A stretch of DNA of 64,000 nt, from the NCBI GenBank assembly GCA_030636025.1, contig DAOVXQ010000005.1, positions 12,700 through 76,699 on the forward strand, written 5' to 3'. This document shows, piece after piece, positions 19,710 to 27,700 of this stretch. A program made the position numbers and the translations under genes. Each line of letters opens with the position of its first letter. The first letter of the stretch is position 1. Source of the DNA: an archaeon (GTDB lineage: Archaea > Nanobdellota > Nanobdellia > Pacearchaeales > GW2011-AR1). The notes under the pieces were generated by a model. The model saw only the letters and a list, made by a program, of their open reading frames with translations. It ran no database searches and was not told the DNA's origin.

Positions 19710-20211
19710 TCAAAACCCAAGAAACAACTACTGCGACAACCACTAACAAAAGACTTCCTGCAACCTTGGAAGATGTAAAAAAATCTGTAATTTGTTCTCC
19801 AAAACTATTTCCATAACCCTCTGCACCAGAAGTTAAAATTAAATCAGGATGAAAAATTGGATTAAAAACTTTTATTGCAGAAATTAAAAAAATCAATCCT
19901 AAAAGTCCGATAAAAACCCAGCCCAACCAGGATTGAGGCACCCAATCCTTACTGGAAAAAAGCCCCAATAACAAAACCAAAAATAAAACAATAATTAATA
20001 CAGCAAACCATGGGATAACCGTCCGCACAAACAATTCCATCGACGAGAAACTAATAAAAACAATCGCAACAATAAAACTAATCAAAAGATGAATCCAATT
20101 ACTCTCTCCAATAATTTTAGTTTTAGCAAGCAATGCGTAAATAACTACAAACACAAATAAAAAACTAACCACAGGCATAAAAAAACTTAATCCACTTAAA
20201 TCAATTGTCAT
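19696..20211 (-). CDS. paralogous polytopic membrane protein (copy 3 of 3)
   Basis: 171 aa. Shares the motif ..YALLAKTKIIGES with the two upstream genes. Confidence 0.5.
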   Translation of the reverse strand: MTIDLSGLSFFMPVVSFLFVFVVIYALLAKTKIIGESNWIHLLISFIVAIVFISFSSMELFVRTVIPWFAVLIIVLFLVLLLGLFSSKDWVPQSWLGWVFIGLLGLIFLISAIKVFNPIFHPDLILTSGAEGYGNSFGEQITDFFTSSKVAGSLLLVVVAVVVSWVLTKAK

Positions 20212-20251
20212 AAATTAAATTACCATCCCAGATTTATAAATTTATCTAAAA

Positions 20252-20758
20252 CTAATTCGATTTACCACTACCAGGCGTGGCATCCTTATTACCCCAAATA
20301 ACAAAAGCCATTATCCCTACAATTAAGACTGCTGTTAAAATTCCTTTCCAAACATCAGTCCCTGCATATCCCCCAAACCATGCAAAATCTGCAAATGAAA
20401 ACAAAATAACCACCACAAAAATAATAAATCCTAATGTCAACCAAATCCATTTAGATACATTATTGTCTTGTGTAATTAGCCCCATTAAAATCATAGCAAC
20501 TAACAAAACCGCAAGTCCAATTCCAGCATAAGGAAATATTGTTGCAAAAAAGTTTGAAACATAATCAAACTGCAAAGCCATTAAACCAATAGCCAAAGAG
20601 ATAACTGCTTGCACCCCTTTATTGTCTCCCAAAATTTTACTTTTATTTAAAATTCCAAAAATAACTGCAAAAATCATTAAAAAAGGAAGCACATAAGCAA
20701 AGATTCCAAAGTCTGCCCAAGTATTCAAAATTTCCGTGATTGTATTTCCATATGCCAT
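20252..20758 (-). CDS. paralogous polytopic membrane protein (copy 2 of 3)
   Basis: 168 aa. Motif FGILNKSKILGDN. Confidence 0.5.
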   Translation of the reverse strand: MAYGNTITEILNTWADFGIFAYVLPFLMIFAVIFGILNKSKILGDNKGVQAVISLAIGLMALQFDYVSNFFATIFPYAGIGLAVLLVAMILMGLITQDNNVSKWIWLTLGFIIFVVVILFSFADFAWFGGYAGTDVWKGILTAVLIVGIMAFVIWGNKDATPGSGKSN

Positions 20759-20796
20759 CTTTTTTATTTAATAGATTATCTTATTTAAATATCTAC

Positions 20797-21312
20797 CTAT
20801 TCACTACTACTGCTTGTTTTATCTTTAGTAGTAATAACTGTGATGATTGCAACCGCAATAATTACAACCATAAAAACATTAATCCAAATTTGCCCTGCAT
20901 CTGCTCGATTAAACAAAAAATCATAAATAGGGTCCCACCAACCTGTTGCAAATAAAACCATTGTAACAACCCCCAAACCAATAATAATCCCCAAAGCTAT
21001 CTTCACACCAAAATGCAAAACATCTCCATTTCCTTTTCCCCAAACAAAACCATACAGCAACATAAAAACTAACAAGACAACTGCTGAAACAGCTAAAAAA
21101 GGCATTAACAAAACAACGACATCTCTTGCAAAAGGAAACGCAATTAAAATCAATCCAGTCACCAAACCAATAATCGCATTTATCTGCCGAGTGCTATCTC
21201 CCAACAATTTAGTTTTTTGCAAAATAGCAAAAACCAAAGTAAAAACTAAAATAAAAGGAAGAATATATTCCATAAACAGCGGGGACGAAAAAATCGGCTC
21301 AACATAACTCAT
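20797..21312 (-). CDS. paralogous polytopic membrane protein (copy 1 of 3)
   Basis: 171 aa. Motif FAILQKTKLLGDS. Confidence 0.5.
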   Translation of the reverse strand: MSYVEPIFSSPLFMEYILPFILVFTLVFAILQKTKLLGDSTRQINAIIGLVTGLILIAFPFARDVVVLLMPFLAVSAVVLLVFMLLYGFVWGKGNGDVLHFGVKIALGIIIGLGVVTMVLFATGWWDPIYDFLFNRADAGQIWINVFMVVIIAVAIITVITTKDKTSSSSE

Positions 21313-21313
21313 T

Positions 21314-21634
21314 TTACATTGATACAGGAGCTTCTGAACTCAAAGAACCCTCTTCAGACAAATCAACAGTCTGTTCAATTGTTTCTTCTCCTTCATCTAA
21401 TGGCAGATTTGCTCTGCTCACAATCACAATGTCCCCAACAGCCCTCACAAACTGATGCGGTATTATCACTCCTTTTGCACCTCCAAGAAAATTACCAATC
21501 GAACCAGAGATTTTTATCCTCCAGCTATCCACCTTATTCTCAATAAGATTCGACTCCTCAATCTCACCAAAATAATCGCCTGTATCTGTAAAAACCTTTT
21601 TCCCTATGACATCTGTTATTTTTTTTATTTTCAT
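21314..21634 (-). CDS. PRC-barrel domain protein
   Basis: VIGKKVFTDTGDYFGEIEESNLIENKVDSWRI...IIPHQFVRAVGDIVIVS. Confidence 0.6.
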   Translation of the reverse strand: MKIKKITDVIGKKVFTDTGDYFGEIEESNLIENKVDSWRIKISGSIGNFLGGAKGVIIPHQFVRAVGDIVIVSRANLPLDEGEETIEQTVDLSEEGSLSSEAPVSM

Positions 21635-21773
21635 TTTACAATCTTAAATACTGACAGAAGTTTATAAAGATTTCTGTATAATTTTATAACAAAATAAGCC
21701 CCTATTTTAAATAAAAATTTATCCTATTTCCGCACAACCAAAACTTTATATAAATCCTAAACTCTATTAAATT

Positions 21774-22388
21774 ATGTTTACAAAAAGAGAAACTATCTGG
21801 ATAATAATCGCAATTCTTTCGTTTGCATTTATAATTGCATTTCCAAACAACTTCGCCCCCTATATCCTTGCAATCGCATTCATAATAATTTCAACAAATA
21901 TTTTAGTTAAAAAATTCGCATCAAAATATTTTTCAGTAAACATCCAGCACGAAGTTTGGGGATTGCAAAAATACGGGTGGTATACCCGAAGCCATTTCAA
22001 AAAACCAATTCCTGCAGGATTAATCTTTCCATTTTTTTTAACAATCTTCTCGATAGGAATAATCAAGCCACTAACATTTTTACAATTCAAATCCAAACCT
22101 TCAAAAACAAGAGTTTTAAAAAAAAGAGGAAACCACAGATATTCTGAAGTAAATGAATCAGACCTTGCATTCATTTCTGCATGGGGGCTCTGGGCATTAA
22201 TTCTTCTGGCAATTCTTGGTTCAATCCTCAAACAACCAGAACTAACAAAATACTCAATCTATTTCGGAATCTGGAACCTCCTTCCAATCAGCAACCTCGA
22301 CGGTGCAAAACTTTTCTTCGGAAGTTTATTCAACTGGATTTTATTAGCAATTACATATATTATTGCATTAGTAATTATTTTAATTTGA
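21774..22388 (+). CDS. M50 (site-2 protease)-like membrane protein lacking a recognisable HExxH
   Basis: The C-terminal NLLPISNLDGAKLF matches the M50 N.lP..pLDGg motif. The position expected for HExxH reads NILVKKFASKYF. Confidence 0.4.
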   Translation: MFTKRETIWIIIAILSFAFIIAFPNNFAPYILAIAFIIISTNILVKKFASKYFSVNIQHEVWGLQKYGWYTRSHFKKPIPAGLIFPFFLTIFSIGIIKPLTFLQFKSKPSKTRVLKKRGNHRYSEVNESDLAFISAWGLWALILLAILGSILKQPELTKYSIYFGIWNLLPISNLDGAKLFFGSLFNWILLAITYIIALVIILI

Positions 22389-22393
22389 GAAAA

Positions 22394-22948
22394 TTAAAGT
22401 TTTAATTTTTTAAGAGCATAACAACTAGGGCAAATTCTTCGCCCATTTTCATCAATACTCGCCATAGAAGAATCTACAATTTTATTACAGACAGGACATT
22501 TAAACTTGGATTTTTTCTTTTCTTTTTTTAAACTTTCAACTTTTTTTTCATTTTCTCTCTTTTGCTTGATTTTTTTATTAATATTTTTTCTTACTTTTTC
22601 TCTGGTTTCTTTTTCAAATTTTGATTTTCTAATAGCTTCTGCTTTTATTTTTTCTTCTGCATTAATCCTTGCTTTTAATCTCAATTTTTCTTTTTCAAGA
22701 ACTTGTTTTCTTGCTTTCTCTTTTGCTTTTTTTCTTTCTAAAACAATAAACTTTTCCTTTGCCCTCCCTGTTTCTTGTTTTTTAATCTCTTGTTTTTCTC
22801 TTGCCTTCGCTCTTGCTTTTGTTCTTGCTTTTTCTTCAAATACTTCCTTTAATTTTGCTTTTGCTTTTGCTCTTGCCCTCGCTCTTACTCTTGCCTTAGC
22901 CCTCTCTCTTGTTTTTTCTTCAGTTCTTTCTAATGCCCTAACTCTCAA
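22394..22948 (-). CDS. Lys/Arg/Glu-rich protein with C-terminal CxxC...CxxC zinc ribbon
   Basis: KAKARVRARARAKAKAK low complexity, then CPVCNKIV...RICPSCY. TTG start. It lies in the same frame as the upstream ORF across one TGA. Confidence 0.45.
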   Translation of the reverse strand: MRVRALERTEEKTRERAKARVRARARAKAKAKLKEVFEEKARTKARAKAREKQEIKKQETGRAKEKFIVLERKKAKEKARKQVLEKEKLRLKARINAEEKIKAEAIRKSKFEKETREKVRKNINKKIKQKRENEKKVESLKKEKKKSKFKCPVCNKIVDSSMASIDENGRRICPSCYALKKLKL

Positions 22949-23020
22949 TTTAACTTTAAATTCATTTTTCTTTCTTTTTATTTTTCTTGCTCTTTTTTTT
23001 GCATTTTCTCTCGCCTTTTC

Positions 23021-23602
23021 TCATCCTTTTTCTTTATTCCTAATCTCAGAAAGAACTTTTCTTTTTTCTTGCTTTTCAAGACTTTCTTTTAATTTTGCTT
23101 TTTCTCTTGCCTTAACTCTTGCTTTCACCCTCGCCTTTTCTTTTTCTTTTTCCTGTTTCTTTCTCTCTTGCACCTTGCTTAATTTTTTATTTAATCTTAA
23201 AACATTTTTCTCAACCTCAGGCATATTTTTTTCTAAATCCTTAATATTTTTTATGATTTGTTTGTAAGGTGTTTTTTTTGTTCTCCTATGTTTAGGGCGA
23301 TATTTTTTATCAATTTTTAATCTTAAAATTTTTATTCCTTTTTCAATTAAAGGAATATCAGAAACATTTTTCAATTTTAATCTAATAGTTCGTTCTTCCC
23401 TCGAAAACCCTCGAGTATCTAACCTGCTAAGCTCTTTTTTTAATTCCCTGAGTCTTCCAATCCCTTTTTCAAATAAAATCAAATCTTTTTTAACTTGTTC
23501 AGGAGATTTCTTAACAACAAGTGCTTTTTGTTTTTTCACCTTTTTTTTAACCATCTTCACCTTTAACCAATTATTCTTCTTATTTATTAATGACTTATGC
23601 AT
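23021..23602 (-). CDS. Lys/Arg/Glu-rich protein (possibly the N-terminal part of one 402-codon gene)
   Basis: 193 aa ending ...KARVKARVKAREKAKLKE...NKEKG-TGA. The frame continues open into 22394-22948. Confidence 0.45.
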   Translation of the reverse strand: MHKSLINKKNNWLKVKMVKKKVKKQKALVVKKSPEQVKKDLILFEKGIGRLRELKKELSRLDTRGFSREERTIRLKLKNVSDIPLIEKGIKILRLKIDKKYRPKHRRTKKTPYKQIIKNIKDLEKNMPEVEKNVLRLNKKLSKVQERKKQEKEKEKARVKARVKAREKAKLKESLEKQEKRKVLSEIRNKEKG

Positions 23603-23615
23603 ATTTAAATTTAAT

Positions 23616-24731
23616 TCATTTCCTAGTTTTCCCAGTTCTAATTAAAAACTCATTAACATTATATCCTTGTTTTTCCCATTCGCCAATCTTTCTTTCAACT
23701 TCTCCTTTTTTCTTTTGTTTCTTAAGTTTTTTAACAATGCTCACTCTTTTTTTATGAATATTTTTAATCGCACTAATTCTCTTTTTTATTTTTTGTTTAA
23801 ACTTTTTTAAAACTTCTTTTCTTTCAATAGGTTTTAATTTTCGGATTTTATATTTTTCTTTTTTAATTTTAAAAGATTCTTTTCCTAATTCATTTTTATA
23901 TTGTTTTTGCAACTGCTCAAATACTTTCTCCCTTTGTCTCCCGTAATAAATAATAAAAAACATTAATCCAATTAGTAAAATAATTACTAACCACGGAAGA
24001 AAACCAAAATCAAAAGTTTGATTTTTGTCGTCGACATTTATGATATAGCTACTCGTTCCAACCGATGAGCCATAATTGATAATCATCCCAAAGACATAAT
24101 TCCCTGGCTCAGTTCCTGCAGAGATTGGAATTGTTTTGGTATTTAAAATTTGGTTTTCAACAGGAAGATTTTCTTTTTCAGAATAAATTATTTTCCCTTC
24201 AAAATCACTAATAAAATATTCGACCCCCACAGTTTTTGAGCCAATTTTTTCTAAATTAAAAATTTTGGTTTCAACAACAGCGTCCTTATTTACAGTAATC
24301 TTCCCATATTCAGGGGGGATATAAATATTACCATCAAATAAAATTTCCTTACTCTCTATTTCCAAAATAACAGGAATAAAAATCGCATTATTATTTGAAA
24401 TTAATATTTTACCAAAATAAATTCCAGGCAATTTATCTTTGACATTAAAATAAATTGTCAGCTCTTTTTCTTCATTTGCATTTAGACTTAATTTTGTCTC
24501 GCTAATTTCAATAAAATCAAGATTCGTGCTAACTTCTAGCTCTGCGTTCTCTGAGCTCCCGATTTTCAAAGACCTAGAAACATCTTCCCCTTGTTTTATT
24601 GTTAATTTTAATAAAGTATTATCTACCTCATAATCTCCTTGACCTAGATTTGCAGACGCAAATGAAAAATTTAAAATTATCATTAAAAAAATCAATCCAG
24701 ATACACACACTCTTTTTTCAAACATTTTCAT
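23616..24731 (-). CDS. membrane-anchored beta-sandwich surface protein with Lys-rich cytoplasmic tail
   Basis: N-terminal signal/TM, two repeats of an Ig-like module, a TM (LPWLVIILLIGLMFFIIYY) and a basic tail. Its architecture mirrors the C-terminal ~350 aa of the giant protein. Confidence 0.55.
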   Translation of the reverse strand: MKMFEKRVCVSGLIFLMIILNFSFASANLGQGDYEVDNTLLKLTIKQGEDVSRSLKIGSSENAELEVSTNLDFIEISETKLSLNANEEKELTIYFNVKDKLPGIYFGKILISNNNAIFIPVILEIESKEILFDGNIYIPPEYGKITVNKDAVVETKIFNLEKIGSKTVGVEYFISDFEGKIIYSEKENLPVENQILNTKTIPISAGTEPGNYVFGMIINYGSSVGTSSYIINVDDKNQTFDFGFLPWLVIILLIGLMFFIIYYGRQREKVFEQLQKQYKNELGKESFKIKKEKYKIRKLKPIERKEVLKKFKQKIKKRISAIKNIHKKRVSIVKKLKKQKKKGEVERKIGEWEKQGYNVNEFLIRTGKTRK

Positions 24732-24740
24732 CCTTTATAC

Positions 24741-27700
24741 TTACCTTTTTGCTTTTTTATATTTTTTGATTTTAATTAATTTAACTAAAACTATGATAAA
24801 AATCAAAATCACTAATCCAATAATTATAAATGCGATTGTAGTTTTATTTAATCCAATCAAAAAATGCCCAGAGGGCATTACTTCAAACTGAGAACTTGCA
24901 CTTGCAAACCCACCGATATAAACCATCTCTGCAGCCAAAACATAATCGCCCAAAGGCAATTTATCACTATCAAACTCTTTCAAAAAGCTCATCTCCTCAT
25001 CTACATAAAAAGTGCTGCTTTCCTCGTAGTAAACTTTGCCCTTAAAATCCTTGATTAAATATTTTATAGTAACGTCCACGCCCTTTTCACCGACGGGAAG
25101 AAGATACATTTGAGTTCGGATTTTATCTCCTGGGCGAATGTCTTCCTCCATCAATGTGCTTGAAATATCAAATAAAGTTTCCTTGCTCTGAGTATTTATT
25201 GTGATTAAAATTTCTTTTGTAATCCCGCCTGCACGAACAATGATTTTTCCAGTGTAAACTCCGAGCGTCTCTGGTGCAATTATTTTAAACCCTGCCTTTT
25301 CTTTTGCCCCAACATCTAAGCTAAAACTTTCTTTATCGAGGACAATTACCTTATCAAAACTTTTCGCATCTCCGTTTTCAGTTTCAATCTCCTGCCCACT
25401 AACACTTACCCTCGCATTGAGATTTACCTCCCCTGTATTTTCAATTGTAAACTCTCTTGATTTCAAATCACCGACAACACTTCTAATTTTAAAATTTTCT
25501 GTGTCTAAACTAAAGTCTGCTCCTACAATTGGAACTGCAACACCGCCCCCGCCCCCGCCACTGCTCCCCCCACTAGTTGTATCTGTAGTTGTAACAGGAG
25601 TTTCCCCTGCAGAATAAATACTGAATTCAGTTACATCAAATATAAAAGTCCCGCCAGAATAGCTCACCTCTGTGCAATCACTACAAACACTTCCGTCTTT
25701 TAGGACTCGCGGGTTTGTATATGTAAGATTATACAAACTCAACCTAGCACTTTTATTAAGTGCAGGCAAACCAGAGCTATTAATCTCAATCCTGTTCTGA
25801 CTTACATTAACATACTCATTAATATCTGCCCCGCCCGATAAATCAACACTCTCGGAAAAATTAATCAAACCATAATTAGGCGAGTCAATAGTCAAAGAAC
25901 TTATATTACCCAAATCATCCTCCTCTGAAAAATCAGTTGTATCTCCTGAAAAATCTCCTGAGCTAACATTCACAATACCCACACTCCTCTCTGCTGTCGC
26001 ATTAACATTCCCTGCACTATCCTGAGTATAAGATGTAAATGTATGATTCCCAATTTCTAAAGAAGTGAAATTGACATCAAAATATTTTGATGTCTGATTT
26101 GCATAAAGTCCTTGTATTTCTTCTGCACTCAAACTTCTGTTAAATATCACTACGTCGTCTATGGTGCCGTTCCAATAATAATTGTTTTTAACCCAATTAA
26201 CACCAATCATTACTCCTCTATTTACAGACTCAACATTAGGAGAATTGGAACTAGCAGGAGTTCCTTCCTCAACTCCATTAACAAACATTCTTATTGTTGT
26301 TCCATTCCAAATTTCGACATAATGATACCATGCACCAAGAGAGAGTGATGTTGTTCCAGTAACATAATGAGCACTCCCATCATATAAATGTGCCCTAAAT
26401 ACTGATTTACTTCCATCCCAATAAGCCAAAGATATTTGTTGCCCCTCATTATCAAAAATAAACTGCATATTAGCAGAAGCAGAAGGTAAATTATCTGATT
26501 TAACCCAAGCAGAAACCGTTCCACTTGAAACAGAATTATTATTAAACAAATTATTTCCACAATCAACATAATCCCCATCCCCATCAAACTCAAACCCCTT
26601 CCCCATTTTACCTGCGTCTGTCTGAACAGCATCCCCCTCAACCGAACCATTATTCCTCCCCATATAATCAACAACCCCGCCCGAAGAATTCAAATCATCC
26701 ATTCTCCACCAACTCACCAAACTATTATCAAAGTCAATAAATGTCGAAACATTTGTTAAACTATCTGAGGCAGAAACATTCACGAAAATATTATCCCTCG
26801 CGATTGTCGACGCATTTGCATTTGTCCCCCCACCGAATTCAACACCTGGAACCCCCGTATCAACCGTCACACTATTCACTTCATTTGCCTTAATATTTCC
26901 TGCAATATCCTGCGAATAAAATGTAACATCTCTTGTGCCTTCTAGAATTGAAACCGATGTATTCAAATATTGGCTTGAAGTATTTGCATAAAGTCCTTGT
27001 ATTTCTTCTGCACTCAAACTTCTATTAAATATCATTACGTCGTCGATTGTGCCGTTGAAATAATCAACAATACTTGTAGAATCTCTTGCTCCAATAAAGG
27101 TTTTTTCACCCCCATCATTATTCGCGGTGGTATTACTATCGGTTGCATTTACAATTCCATCAACATATAATTTAGAACCATCTGAAGTATCAAACGTTGC
27201 AACAACATGATGCCAACTATTATCATCTATTATTTTTGTAGTGACAAAATTAGCAAGAATATTATTTGCACCATCAAATCTAATAAGTCTGAATGCACCA
27301 GTATTCCCAATTCTAAACTGAATTATTCTCTCAGTTGAGGCGTCATCTATTCCAACTATACTTCTTGTTTCAACAAGGTCAGGAGTTTTAATCCAAGCTA
27401 AAACTGTAAAACCATTAGAGAATCCATAAGTAATATTCCCACAATCAACATAATCCCCCGCCCCATCAAACTCAAACCCCTTCCCCATCTTCCCATTATC
27501 CACCTGAACCGCATCCCCCTCAACACTCCCATTATTCCTCCCCATATAATCAAACACTGTCGAGGAATTCGCATCATCCATTCTCCACCAACTCACCAAC
27601 CCATAATCATTAAACACCGAAACATTATTACTATCTGTCGCCGACGCATTAAACACAACATCATTTGTATTCCAGTTTGAATCATTATTCGGACTATTAA

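Noticed and set aside
22506-23267. 253-aa Phe/Ser/Leu-rich plus-strand ORF
   Set aside because: It is the antisense of the AAG/AGA/GAA-rich Lys/Arg/Glu genes. It is pure low complexity and spans both minus-strand genes and their junction, so it is an artefact of codon composition.
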